A DNA stretch of 64,000 nt, from the NCBI GenBank assembly GCA_977862235.1, contig OZ374561.1, forward strand, positions 868,001 through 932,000, written 5' to 3'. This stretch comes from Dudresnaya verticillata. Lineage: Eukaryota. The translations under genes and the position numbers were made by a program. Under the pieces are notes generated by a model that was not told the origin of the DNA, did not search any database, and worked only from the letters and a program-made list of their open reading frames with translations. Positions 33,634-46,131 of this stretch are shown here, piece by piece. The first letter of the stretch is position 1. Every line of letters begins with the position of its first letter.

Positions 33634-34458
33634 ATGGTTTCGCATGCCGCTAACCTGCTCATCGTGTTCGCCCTGTTCACGCTATGCACAGCTCACTTCC
33701 CACCGCAGTGTCGCTGCGTGTGCCACATTGGCCGCATCGCCCTGTCCAAGGCCCGTGGTGACTGCTTCACTCCAGGCTCCGGCGACTGCCGGGTGCGTCT
33801 GTGCCGCCGCTTCGACCGCCCAGGCTTTTCCTGCTGTATGCCCGACATCTCTCCGTTCCCGATACCCGAAATCGGTACCCAGGTTCCTCCCGCAAGCACC
33901 CCGGTCGCCTCTCCCGAGATGGAGCTGATGCCTTCGCCCACTGTTACGCCGCCATCCGTCCCATCCACTGCAATCATCCCTCCGAGCCCCGTCACCTCTG
34001 CGAACATGGCGATAATCAGCTTCGCCGGCAACGACGAAGTAGAGCTCATCATCAACGGCAAGTCCATCGCAGTCCACCACGACTGGTCCATGGTTGGTTC
34101 CGTCATGCGTGACCTCGTGGATGGAGATGTTATCGGCATTCGCGGGAAGAGCCGCGGAGGATTCTATGGCATCATCGCGGCAATCGAGATGGAGGACAAG
34201 GATATTGTCACCGGAAGCGGCATGTGGAAGGCACGGGCCGCTTTTAAGATTGAAGGTGGGTTCTATAAGTGGGCTGAAAAGTCGTGGAGTTCGTGCAAGT
34301 GGCCTGTGGCGCAACTTGTGCCTAACAGTGACAAGTTTGTGTACGGGATGGCTTCCGCTTTCCCCTATGCCACTGGTGCCAGATACGTGTGGGCCCAGGG
34401 CCAGGGCCAGTTTGATGGTCTTTACATGCGCTATGTTGTCGGGGGAGAGAAGTGCTGA
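33634..34458 (+). CDS. Secreted protein: Cys-rich module, Pro/Ser/Thr linker and lectin-like beta-sandwich domain
   Basis: Signal peptide MVSHAANLLIVFALFTLCTA. Module CRCVC..C..C..C..CC. PST-rich linker. C-terminal domain AGNDEVELIING..GDVIGIRG..GIIAAI..VTGSGMWKA..W..WP.A..GARYVWA. Confidence 0.8.
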   Translation: MVSHAANLLIVFALFTLCTAHFPPQCRCVCHIGRIALSKARGDCFTPGSGDCRVRLCRRFDRPGFSCCMPDISPFPIPEIGTQVPPASTPVASPEMELMPSPTVTPPSVPSTAIIPPSPVTSANMAIISFAGNDEVELIINGKSIAVHHDWSMVGSVMRDLVDGDVIGIRGKSRGGFYGIIAAIEMEDKDIVTGSGMWKARAAFKIEGGFYKWAEKSWSSCKWPVAQLVPNSDKFVYGMASAFPYATGARYVWAQGQGQFDGLYMRYVVGGEKC

Positions 34459-36990
34459 TGCAACCTGCGAATCGAGCTTTGGTGAGTTTGTGTACTACTC
34501 CGCCTGGGTTGGCGGATACTTGCGAAGACTTGCGGCTTGTTTGTTTTGGTAAGACAAGCCTTTCACGCTGCGGACCGCAGACATCTCTGACACGACGCGT
34601 TGAAAGCGCAGACGAAAGCGGAGAAAAGAAATGTCAGAGCTGTAAGGCAAGGCAGCTGCAGAGCTGGTGGGGACAAGGGTGCACGCATGTACACGTTCTG
34701 GTGGAACGGGTATGGCGGCCACTGGAAGCTGTTGGTGAATTTTGCACGGGCGGGGTATTCGGCGTCGTCGACGTCGGTTGTCGGTGCCGTCGCAGCCAGC
34801 GCCGTCGCGCTTGTTGCCGGGCAGGGACTGCGTCTATATTATCCCAGCCGCGAGCAGCACTGATAGGCACTGTGTGCGAATTGTTATGTTTGGAGTCGGT
34901 CCATGAATAACGCTAGCTGCCTAGAGTTCCTTACAAATGCAGTAAAAACATAGAGCGAGAGATATGCTAGTGTTCTCAGAGTCGTGGCCGACGGGCTGCC
35001 GGTGGCGCGAATCTTCGTCTAGCAGTGGTCCGCCTATTATTAGCTGAGGGTGTGGCTCGTTTTCGCATTTGCGGCTTGCTTGAGCGTTGGCCGCACGTCT
35101 CGTGTATGGTTCGTGCAACTCGGGAACAAATTTCTCATGCATCACACGGGCAGTGCTTTAAGTGGGCAATAAACTTTCGTAAGCAACTAATAATAGGAAA
35201 GCAACGCCTATATCCAGCGCATGCGCGCTACGTCATGCTACACATGCAATCCAAACATAAGATACAGGCAGATTGGCAGATTCTGATTCAATGCGCCGAA
35301 AGGGGCAAGTCACCACTTTTGACTCGACAGAGTTATTGACGTTTTGCACAGGAGAAGAATGTCAAATACGCAGTCCGCACACACGCACTGTCAACACGCA
35401 TTGCACGAAGCGTCATGAATTGTGCCTAATCTATGCCCGGTATTGCATGGCAAGCGCGACGCCGGCAATTGTAAGCAGCCACGCACGGCTTCCAGAAAGC
35501 TCCAGATGCTGCCCATACGCCGGATGGACCTCGTTGCTTCGCCAACAATGTGCGCAGGCAGAAAGTTGCTGGCCTGCGTAGCAGGCGGGGCACGCAACTG
35601 CGCCTGCCGGGGAACGTCTCGATTGTTGGAACGGCTTCCCTCCCGTTTCTTGCATGCGAGCGCCGCGTGGGACCGACGTGTCAATCAGCAGTTGTTTCTG
35701 GTTTCAGAAGCTTTTGGAAGTTTCATGAGGTGGATGCAACTTTTTTTTGCGACTTGGCTCTTGCGACAGACAATCTGGCGCATGGCTTGCACTGCTGTCC
35801 CAGGGATTGCCGGAGACGGCTTGAACACACTATTAGCGGGTGGTTCTGGATGCACGAACGGTGGGGTTATTGGACTTCAAGCGTACAATCGGTGGTGCAG
35901 TAGCGCTTTTGCGCCTGCCCAAGCTGCTCCAATGCGGCAAGAAGGCTTTTTGCGCAACGATCAACTTGAATTCGAAGCGAAAGAAAAGCAAGCTCTGCTT
36001 TAGCATGTTATCCTATCTGCTTGTAGCTATAGAGGCGCAACAGTTTATGCTGTGTAATACTTGCAATGCACACCTCAAGCAAGGGAGTGCTTGGATTCCC
36101 TAACATACACCTTGTGCGCAACGTCAGCACATCTACATAAATGAATGTACCACTAGCGTCATTGCCTTCTTCGCCGGGAGCATTCTTCCGCAGCGTCCTT
36201 GAGGGAAGGAAGAGCCGTCATCAAGTGACAAAAAGCGTGAGAGATCGCTGGTTTCCCTCCCGCTCGGCGAGAAGAGCCCGTAACAAACTTCCTTTCGACA
36301 AGCTTGAGACAACTGGCGGTATTCAAGACGGCTCATCACAAGATTCGGAAGAAGGAGGTGATAGAGCACACCGACGTGTTATCGGGGCAGGAGCTCTGTA
36401 GAGGGGCATAAGAAGCAGGCCTGACTCAACAATTGCACACGACGTGGGTGAGAAGGTGTGGTGGGCAAGCACCAAACCCTTCCGTCGTCTTCTCACAGTT
36501 GCATTGCGTTCGTGCTCTTGCTCAAGATAAATTCGTCGTCGTCCATTAGGTTGGCTCTGGAGATAACTCGCACATATCGCAGGTTGCGGATGTTCTTCTT
36601 GCAGGCAGAGTCTGGTTCCAACAGGTCTGGCTGCACAAGAAGGCTGGGGTGCGAATGGCAAGAAACTAGGTCTTGTCTTCTCTCTCAGCACAGGCGTGGC
36701 CGGTCGACTGCGCGCGCGACCGGTGCAGGGATGTGGGTGTGCGGGTGGTGACCCAAAGCGGGGGCTGGGCAGAGCGAAGACAACCAAGCATACGTGGGTG
36801 CGGCGTGCTCGGATGAGATGGGGTTTGCGCGGAGACGCGGTGAGTTGGGCGCAAGCACTTGGAATTTGAATGGCAATGCTAGCGGATGTGGTGATTGGTG
36901 CGGGTGGATGACATCGGATGTGAGGGTCCCAAGAGGTAGGGTGGGGCGGGGCGGGATCGAGAACGGGCAAATGGAAGTGGAGCAGGGGGG

Positions 36991-37125
36991 CTAGGGCGTT
37001 TGCATTGGTGCGGCGACGGCAGCGGGGCGGGTGTTGGGGTGGTTGCGACGGCGATGACGCGGGCGGGGTGGAGAAGGATCGGTGGAAGGACGGCCAGGCG
37101 TGGGATGGTGCGGGGCTGGGGGCAT
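36991..37125 (-). CDS. Candidate 44-aa Pro/Arg-rich microprotein
   Basis: MPPAPHHPTPGRPSTDPSPPRPRHRRRNHPNTRPAAVAAPMQTP. TACATAAA (37197-37190) then a poly-C run upstream. Divergent from 38006. Confidence 0.3.
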   Translation of the reverse strand: MPPAPHHPTPGRPSTDPSPPRPRHRRRNHPNTRPAAVAAPMQTP

Positions 37126-38005
37126 GCGAGTGGGGTAGGAAAGCTCTTTTTTCTTGTGGGGGGGGGGGGGGCCTTGCGGGCGCGCGGGGTTTATGTAGGG
37201 TGGTGACGCTGTAAAGAGAAGGGGCGGTTGCATGGTGCCGTTTTGCTGCACTGTACGCACGAGTATAATCTGCAACGGGAGTGATCGATCGCCGTTTGTT
37301 CAAGCTCGGGCGGTATCATTCCGAGCGAGGGGCGAGTCAGAGTGCGAGCGGCTTCTTGTGCGTCGGACAGCGCATATGCCGGCGCGGCGCGGCGGTTGAC
37401 GGATGCGCGCTGACGTGGGGCAATTTGTGCACGAAGATACATCGCGCCGGCCGCCGCGGCCAGCGCAGCACAGCAGCCGCGCGCGCAGGCGCGCGCGCGT
37501 GCCGCGTGGCGTGTGCCCAATCAGCGCCGGCGCGCGCGCGGAGCCAACGCCGCAGAGCAGCGCCGAGCACAGCGTGTCATGTCATTCTTGCCGTGCGTCC
37601 CGCCGCCCCCGCCGCCGCCCCCCGCCGCAGGCGGTGCACCCGCGTCGGCACCCGCGCATCCTGCCATGCACCTCTTCACACCCCCTCCCCCTTCCCTGCC
37701 GCCCTGCCGCCCTGCCGCCCTGCCGCCCGCCCGCCCGCCCGGCGACGCACCACTGCGTGCCCTCGCCCTTCCGCGCCGAGAGAGAGCGCGCGCGCCTCTT
37801 CTCCACCCTTTAAAAGCCTCTCCTTCTCTCACCCATCTTCTCCCGCTCCCCACTCACTCACTCACACCCCAGACCCCAGACCCCAGACCCCACCCCCAAC
37901 CACCACCACATACCCGCCCCACCTGACCGCCCGGCCGCCCGACCGCCCGACCGCCCGACCGCCCCACCGCCCGACCGCGCCCCGCCCGCTGCGCGCAACC
38001 AAGCC

Positions 38006-38278
38006 ATGGCCCTCATCGACTCGCGCTCCACCTCGGCCAGCCCGGCCCGCCCGACCTCTTCCAGCGACAAGAAGAAGCGCTCCAAGAAGAAGAAGCACCA
38101 CTCGCACTCGCACTCGCACTCGCACTCGCACTCGCATGTACACCAGCCCAGCCGCCCATCCACCCCGACAAACGCACGCATCGTCATGCGCACCCCGGAA
38201 ACCCCGGTTTTGACCCGCTACATGGACCCGCCGTCCCCCTCTTGGTACAGCCTCCCGCCGGCGCGTGACCGCCGCTAA
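38006..38278 (+). CDS. Candidate 90-aa basic, HS-repeat, Pro-rich microprotein
   Basis: Start context gccATGG, NLS-like DKKKRSKKKK, (HS)n from a CACTCG repeat, motif RTPETPVLTRYMDPPSP, double stop TAATAA, and TTTAAAAG at ~37809. Confidence 0.6.
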   Translation: MALIDSRSTSASPARPTSSSDKKKRSKKKKHHSHSHSHSHSHSHVHQPSRPSTPTNARIVMRTPETPVLTRYMDPPSPSWYSLPPARDRR

Positions 38279-38330
38279 TAAGTGAAGCCCAACTACACGC
38301 CTCACCGCTGTCTGACTACTACCTGCTAAC

Positions 38331-38331
38331 T

Positions 38332-38361
<30 letters not shown>
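38331..38361. repeat. (CCG)n microsatellite
   Basis: About 10 CCG units. A second (CCG)n tract at ~43792-43829 encodes poly-Pro in the 43761 ORF. Confidence 0.85.
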
Positions 38362-38368
<7 letters not shown>

Positions 38369-41300
38369 ACGCCCACTCCGCCGCTGCCCCACCCGCTGCC
38401 GCAGCTTTTCGCTCTGCACCCTCCACTCCGTCTCTCTGTACTAGCAACTACTTATTCTCATCCTTTCGCTCAACAGCACGCCCTGCGAGATAGACGCCCG
38501 TCGCTGCTGCCGCAAAAAGACAAGGTCTTCCAACCCCCAATTTTTAGACTCTCTTGACTTGTATAAAACACACTCGCCATGTCGCACTGCGTGTGCCCAG
38601 CCCAACTTGACAAACTGCAACAAACCCCACCCGCCAAGTCCCTGCTTTTCCAACGCTGCCACACTCCGCCTTCGCGCTCACCAACCTCACAACCCCCACC
38701 AATTTCCTTGCTGCCATGCCACCTTCCAGCTCAACCACGAGTTGGCATTGTCGGCCAGATCCAACGCAGCACACAAGCTGCGTGTGCCCGTCCAACGCAC
38801 ATCGACGCGGCGCGACGTGTCATCTGAACTAGCAATCGCGATCCAACTAGATTTCGTGACGTCCGAATTATGCCCCGCTTTTTCCACGTCACATCCACAC
38901 TAGTCTTCCCTGACCTTACGCGCTTCATGGACTCATTGCAAGGGCACCACATGCTCCTCTCGTGGAGAGGCATTCCGCTTCTCCTCTACAACACCACGAC
39001 TTTTCGCCCACGGTAGCCCCAAATATGAGAGCGGGCCAGCAACAAGACACAATATACCGCGCTTGCCGTAACACAGTCGTGCCCCCGTCACGCTGTCGGC
39101 CCAGACCCAGATGGACGCATCGTCTGCGATCTACCGCGGTTACAGAAAGTCCCACCTGTAAAACCTGTCAGTCCTGACTGCCCTGGCAGTCGCTCTCTGG
39201 CTCAACTCGGCATCATCCATAATTCCCGTGAGGTGTTGAAAATGCTGCCGGTCCAGGTGCCATCAACTTGCCCAAAATTCCAGAGCCCTCCGGCTTAGCG
39301 GTTTCGCTCCATTTCGTTCGTCCGCCCAGCACCCATAATGTAAAACCATGAGTTCTCTCTACAAGAACAGCAACGAGGCAACAGCAACTCGACATCAAGA
39401 ATTCTCTCCCTCCCGCGCCGCATGAAAATGAGAATTTGAAACACCTCTGTTGACTGGAGCACAACTTTTGGCCTTTGCGGCAAAACAGACTTTGCGTTAA
39501 AGCAAAGAGCAAACAGAAGCTTCAGCCTCACGTAGAGTTCCGACTAGAGTCTCAAACGTATCCATAATACGCGCTTCCCGTCCAGTCATGAATTGCTAGC
39601 CCCATGCACACGAATGCACTCCATACCCAGGGGAGGCAAGGAGTCTTCCAAACGGGAGCAACCAGGCCTGTCCGTCCTGGTGCGTCATGGGAAGGCTAGG
39701 CCGTGAAGGCGTGCGTCTCTTTGATGCGAGCGTTTGCCACGGCACACCCCCTGCAGCGACCGGAGCTGCATATAACTGCGTAGCATCACAACGTGAATAC
39801 TAGTCCATCCGCGTTGTCGTACAACCAGCCGATCCAAACGAGGGCGGTCCGTAGAGCCGATCACCCAACTACTGGCCGTGCTGCAATCTCTGCCAGCGCG
39901 GTGTATGACGGTAGGGGCGTGGACGTCAGGTTCTCGGGCGCAGAGCTCCTCCGAGGTGGAGCTCTCGCCAACGAGCTACTGTTGTGTGGAGGAGGGACGG
40001 AAGGAGGGAGATCTGCGTTGTATTCAATTTCAGCCTACCAGATGTCGATACTTTGCTTATTTCAGCCAATTGCAACGCGGTTCGCTATCATCCGGATCAA
40101 GATCACCGAAACTTTGGATCTAGGCCCAGAGCGCGCTTCGAGCCGTACAAACACTAGTGTATAGTTTTAAAACTTTGGACCTCTAGAAGGCGGAAGGAGG
40201 GGAGTAGAATGTAGAAAATAAGAGCAAGTCAAGCACGGCAGCCTTCTACTGATATCATCGTTCCGCTGCGCAGGGTGTGCAATTCTCTCGCCCGCGGCAC
40301 CGAACACATGCTGGAAGCAGACCAGGGAGGAGCCGGAAGACTCGGACGCCGAGAGGCTGAGAACACGAGCCGGAAAATGCATGGGGAAGGCCATGGACAG
40401 GTTGCTTCGCTAGTCTGCAAACATTCGCAGAAGGTTGCACAGTCGCTGTTCTGCGGCGTTGGGGCTTGAACGACGTTGATCAAGGAAGAAAAGAACCATG
40501 GACGCTGCGGGCCCCAGGCTCCCCCGACTCACGTCAAGTATCCCTTGGATCACGCAAAGAGTTGCTCGGGGTTTAGGGCCAAGGTTATGTGGTGACTCAA
40601 GGCATCATCATCATTGTGGAAGCTGCTTCAGATATGCCTCACTTCAGGATTATCTCACCCCGTGAGAAATCCGCTTATCTGCCGACCACGGTTTTCGCTC
40701 TCAAGGGATTGTGCTCGATCGCTAAACTCTCTAACGTCACCCCATCCAGGGGATTTTCCTAAACTTAGCCTTGCTTCTTCGGAACAGCGAAAAGAGCTGA
40801 GAGCTGCCCGCTTTGCACACCGTGGAATATTTTCCTGACGTCGAGATAATATGTCATGCAGGATTGAGTAATCTTGTTTCAGATGTTACGCAATAACCGT
40901 GAATACATGAGGCTCTTCCAGGAACCACAAGGACCGTTCTCACTGCTCTTGTGGGGTCGCCTCGGTCCTATCAGGGCTGCAAGGCCGCTTGAATGAAGGA
41001 TGGCATACAAACGGAAATTCTTCAACTGTGAGCATTTCGTAGCAACTTATGAATCAGCAGACATCATCAAGAAACCAGTTCAGATCTGATGCACCGTCAC
41101 TAGGAGCACTAGGCCGTGCGTTGGAAGGTGTAGGAGTGCAACGGGAAGGAAGCCGTCTTGGTAAGCCTTGGGCTGTTGATATTCCAGCGGGGCAGCCTAA
41201 CTTCGGCCCAAATGTGCAGGGGAACGCATTGTGCAATTGTCTGTACATTGTACGCCTGTCTCACAGTCCCGCAATCACGTTTCTTTCTGCACGACAGGGA

Positions 41301-42263
41301 AACTATGATCTTGTCGCGACCGTGTGACACTCGTGGCGTTTGTCTCTTTCTAGCGCCGAGGCGTCGTCAGGATACACGCGCATTCTCCACAATCAACTTC
41401 TGACGGGTAACACACGCAATGTTGTAGGTTGCGCGCATGCCAGGTAACTTGGATGCAACGGTTGGCTTGTTGGGTCGGAAAGGACCGTGTAGATGTGGCA
41501 AGCCCCTACAGGGAGGGGTGTATTGCATTGAAGCATGGCTAAGGAAGACTGCTGCAGGGATATGGAACACCCGAAGTTGAGAGAGAAAACGGCTTTACTC
41601 GTTCAAGAATACGTTGGTGCGATGAGCAGTAGGCTTGATTTGGAACAGAGTCTCGACTACTTTGCACGAGAACTATCTTTAAGTTCTCGAACATCATCGC
41701 CCCAGCGTTGTGCATGTAGTGGGTGATGAATGAGAATGCGTTGCGGAATTCCTTAGGCAACATGGGTCTTGGTAACAGGAGAGATTCATCGCCCACTTCT
41801 GCAACACCGGAGGTAACGCCTGGGTATGCGTGCACACGCAGACGTCTTCCAGTCCTTCAATGTAGGAAAGCTCTACTTGGCTACCTATCAAGGGCAGGGA
41901 AGATACTTCTAAGCAACATCACAGCCAGTGCTCTTCACTCGGCGAACGACATGTACCTTGAGAGGTTGACGGCACCAGTTCTAATAGGGGACAACTCTGG
42001 GTCCACACACGCGAAGCTGTTAAGGTCACGGTGGAACAGGAACTGCGTGCACGGTATGTCAAAGATCATGTCTGTCGTCGGGTTCGAGCTCGCAGGAGCG
42101 GTGCTTATGCGAGGACAGTAGACATCATTGTGACCGATGGTTTTGTCGTTGTTTTGGTCGAGTATCGACCACGACGAAGTCAACCGAAGCATAAGGCCCT
42201 CTTGGTAGAACTCTTGAAGACTGTGCTGACATGGCTTTCGTGGTCCAAAACGCAAAGCTTGAC

Positions 42264-42428
42264 TCATTGCTGCGGGCCCATGGTGGCGGGAAGCTGCAGC
42301 GGTGGAGGGCTAGGCGGGTCCGGCGGTCTGGTGATGATTGGAGCGGGCGGCGGGGTACGGTTCTTCTGTTTGCTCACACCGCGGTGGCGGCGGTTAGCGC
42401 GACCGGATTTGCGGATAGGGTTGCCCAT
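42264..42428 (-). CDS. Candidate 54-aa basic Pro-rich microprotein
   Basis: MGNPIRKSGRANRRHRGVSKQKNRTPPPAPIITRPPDPPSPPPLQLPATMGPQQ. Start context accATGG. GTATAAG (42493-42487) plus poly-C about 60 nt upstream. Shares a motif with the 38006 ORF. Confidence 0.55.
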   Translation of the reverse strand: MGNPIRKSGRANRRHRGVSKQKNRTPPPAPIITRPPDPPSPPPLQLPATMGPQQ

Positions 42429-43760
42429 GGTCGCAATGAGGGCAGGGGAGGTGCACTGGCCGAGGGCCGGGGGGGGGGGGGGTGTTCTTATACGCAGCTG
42501 GCGCGCACGCAAGAAGGGTGTACAAGGCTGGATGGTGCTTTGAAAAGCTGACGCGGTTCACGCGGCGTGCAGCAAGAGGTGATTTTGTGGAAGGTTCTAG
42601 GATACTGGACGATTGTCTACGGGGTGAGCGACCTGAAAAGCCGTGTTCGACTCTGACGGGAACTTAAGCTGGGAACGAGCACAGTTTACCTCACTGTTTA
42701 CGGCTACGACATGTGGCTGTCACTGCCTTCGTCAACATGCAGTCATTGTTTGCGGGGCTCGAACCGGGTTGCACTATGTGATGACGTTGACATGTTCGAT
42801 GGTTTCTACGCACGTGGCGAACTCCCATTGGACTGTCACCTTCCAGCGGCAGGGGAAGGTGGAGGCTCGATTATTAGAACCTTGGCGGATAGGCTCAGTC
42901 TGGGTGGACCGGACACGGTGGCGAAGGTCAGCTGATTGGGTAACGGAGCCAAGTGCTGTGAGTTCAATGGTCAAATAGGTCAACTGGCTATCATACATGT
43001 TGACGTGGACTAAGAATCCAGCGGGAACCGATGGAATCCTTGCAGGTCGCGTGTGACCAGGTCTCAAAAAAATGTAAGCATGCGCCACGTGCAGGGTAAA
43101 TTCCTCGCCGTCACCACAGTCAAGGTGGCCCCGTCCGACTACACCTGAACTCGGTCCGTCTGGAGAGGCCTGCGGGCCGGACACGGCCGCATTGCCTTCC
43201 TATTGGACAGCCGAGAATGGGTGCCTTGTTTTTTCGAGGCGTCAACCGCAGGCTGCTGCCTGTTGACCATCCGGAAATGCTGCTGCGGATGTGGCGTGAA
43301 AGTCCGCCAGAATGTCAGATACGTCAGCGTGCGGTCCGAAAATGAAGCTCTAATTCAAGATACCCGTTCGGGCCAGTCGCTTCTGCCCAGCAATGCTGCA
43401 CATGAGGAAAAAAGCAGGGTGAACTCTGCGCTAGAGACTCAGGTTGCCCCGCCCCCACTCTTTTCTCGCCCCGCACCGGGACCTGTCCGATCCAGCTGTT
43501 GCTTTCCCCCCCAAACGCCGCCGCGCTTCGTCAGCGGGCGAAAAGGCCCACCGATTTCGCAGACGCGTACAGCGCACACAAAACAACGAGCAATGGCAAA
43601 CTCGTACTTTAACTGCCCAGACACTCGCGCAGGCGAGGCCTCGCCCCCTATACCCTTCCCCTCCACCACGAAAAAGCCCCACACATACCCAGCCCCAATC
43701 CCAACCCCCTCCCCCACTTCCGCTACGCTACACCTCAGCAACACTCTCACACCGGGCAAC

Positions 43761-43790
43761 ATGGTCCGCACCATCGCCCGGGCAACGGCC

Positions 43791-43830
<40 letters not shown>

Positions 43831-43961
43831 GACCAGCTCGTCCGACCCGCGACACCGACCCGACCGGCATCCCTCCGCTTGACCCCCCTCTCCCCTCTAC
43901 CATACATGAAAACCGCTTTGCCCACGACGCCACCAGTTCCAACTACCCGCGCCGCAACTAG
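43761..43961 (+). CDS. Candidate 66-aa poly-Pro microprotein
   Basis: MVRTIARATAAP(12)RPARPTRDTDPTGIPPLDPPLPSTIHENRFAHDATSSNYPRRN. Start context aacATGG. The stop is followed directly by a donor-like GTGAGC, a possible 3'UTR intron. Confidence 0.45.
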
Positions 43962-45840
43962 GTGAGCCGTCTCCCCTCCATTCGACCCTTCTTTGACGTG
44001 CACAGCACGACCCGACCCTCTCTTCCCGCTAGCCTACACAACCGCCCCGCCGACCTGCTCTCCCCGCTCACCCTGTACCGCCGACCTGCTCTTCCCCGCT
44101 CACCCTGTGCTCGTACCCTCGTGCCTGTCCCACGTCACACGCCTCATTCACCTGACGTTGGACCGGTTTTGCACCTGTCATGACAAGTGCCAAGACCCTA
44201 GCGCCCTTCTACGAACGCCCGCCATGAATGGCGCATGATGATGGCCGCCGCCCAACCTGTGCCACGTCGCGGGCTACCACTCCTGTCGCCGACATTACGG
44301 ATAGTGTCGCCGACAAGCTCCACGCCCCGTGCCTGCCAATTGACCCTACCCCCCCATGTGTACAAACTCCGTACTCCACAGCCCTTTTGCCGTACGTGTG
44401 CCACGCCCTGTGTTTGGCCACGAGAAGAAAGTTGTATGACGTCCCCATATCTGCTCAGGAACTCTTTGGTTACGTGTTGCTGGATGGGTGCGTACCGCCA
44501 TTACAACCTCTTGCACCTCGTCATGACGTACACTTTCTTGTCCCATGTGTGTCTTGTATCCGCGTTGTTTTGAGTATCCCCCTTTTTTTGTGTCAACACT
44601 CGAAAAACTCACTATGCTTCTGGCGACCTTGAATCCTCGAAGGCAGGCCAAAGCAGAAAGGACTGAGTAGCACCCACGGAGACCACATCATCATCCCCTT
44701 GCCGGAGCAAGAAGGCTATCTGTTACTTGCGAGAAGACGATCACTGTTTCCTTAGAGAAGAAGATGCCTCGTTCCAGAGAGAACAAGCAACTCCCTCCCG
44801 AAGAGAACAAGACTTCAAGACATTGAAGAAGACGTCGAAGTACTGCAACGGTAGACATACTCCGTATCAAAGAGATGAAGTGGAACCCCGTGGGAACACA
44901 CGAACAGCAACACCAGAATAGACTATTCTGGTACCTTGCACGGTCCTTTGCCGCTGATAGCCAAGAGTTACCCACTTCAACCATATGCACAATTTGAAAC
45001 CCTCTTTCCCAAGAGTGGGACATGTGCGGTAACTCTTCCAAATCCGCTGGAATATCCAGTGCTGGAAGCCATAACCATCCACAGTACTAGCTGACGCTTC
45101 CACAATTAAGGCTTGTGCTTTCTAGATCGTAAACGAACAGTCCGAGCCCCAAACAAAAGTGGCGCGATATGACGGACGGACTGTACATTATTTCATGAGT
45201 CAAAACATGATTTGCAACCTTCGGCACCAGAGCAGAATCTATAGGTAGACGCCATGTGCAACCTTGCAGACATTCCGTTACGCAGAGCTCAACGATGAAC
45301 CATTCGACGAACACGGTAGTGTGATCACGGATTGTCCTCTCTGATTCGCTCTCCTTAATTGCCAGTCGCAGTACAGAAAACTCCCAAGTACATGCGACAT
45401 ACTCGTGCCGCGGCTCGCGCAACCATCGATTACGTAAAGTTCTGTCCGGAAACGCTTTGCACATGCAGCCCACGGCACGACCAATATACTGCGCATGAAC
45501 CATTCTCCTCATTCGCGGTATGACCGCGTTCCGAAGTTGAACAAAATGCATGCATCGCGGATTGGAAAACATGTAATCCGTACACGGCAACTCCACAAAT
45601 GGAAATCGCCGTCCGTACCAGTGAGGAAACTGCCACGTCTGCAACACGGGCTGGAGATGATTCGGCGCATCTCAAGGCAGCAGCTTGATCATGGTGCGGC
45701 TGCATTCCACGCCTACGGTTCTACCGCTGGAACGAGCAATACCCAGGGCGCGCGATGGGGCGCGCCTCTTCACGAAGGCAGCGGTTGAGGCTGGACAGCA
45801 CGCGGACGGGGGGGCGCACGCGCCGCGACGCGGCACAGCG

Positions 45841-45896
45841 TCGGGGGTTGGAAACGTCATTTGCGGGTATCGGGGGTTGAAAACGTCATTTGCGGG
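45841..45896. repeat. 29-bp tandem duplication containing TGACGT on the minus strand
   Basis: tcgggggttggaaacgtcatttgcgggta followed by tcgggggttgaaaacgtcatttgcggg; one mismatch. Confidence 0.8.
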
Positions 45897-46131
45897 CGGC
45901 GGGGCTGGACGTCGGGGTTGCGGAGGCCGCAATGCACCAAGGAGGGGCGTGGGAGGCCGGTGACGGGGAACGGCGGGGGCGGCTGCGCGTTTTGGTTGAC
46001 GTGAAGGAAGACGTGCAGGAAGGAGAACGAAGTAAAAGGGCGGGCATGCAATGCATGGCGACGCGCAGCGGTCGAAGTGTTCTCGGCGCTCTTCGCAGGT
46101 GGTGATACCCACGCGGCGGCGGCCGCTCCAT
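45886..46131 (-). CDS. Candidate 81-aa Arg/Pro/Ser-rich small ORF
   Basis: Start context aaaATGG at the edge of a GC island; MERPPPRGYHHLRRAPRTLRP...RSRPRRSPSP. No homology recognised. Confidence 0.2.
   Translation of the reverse strand: MERPPPRGYHHLRRAPRTLRPLRVAMHCMPALLLRSPSCTSSFTSTKTRSRPRRSPSPASHAPPWCIAASATPTSSPAARK

Noticed and set aside
42076..42100. GGTTCGAG resembling a tRNA T-loop/B-box
   Set aside because: No cloverleaf or A-box around it; no tRNA, rRNA or snRNA gene was recognised anywhere in the window.
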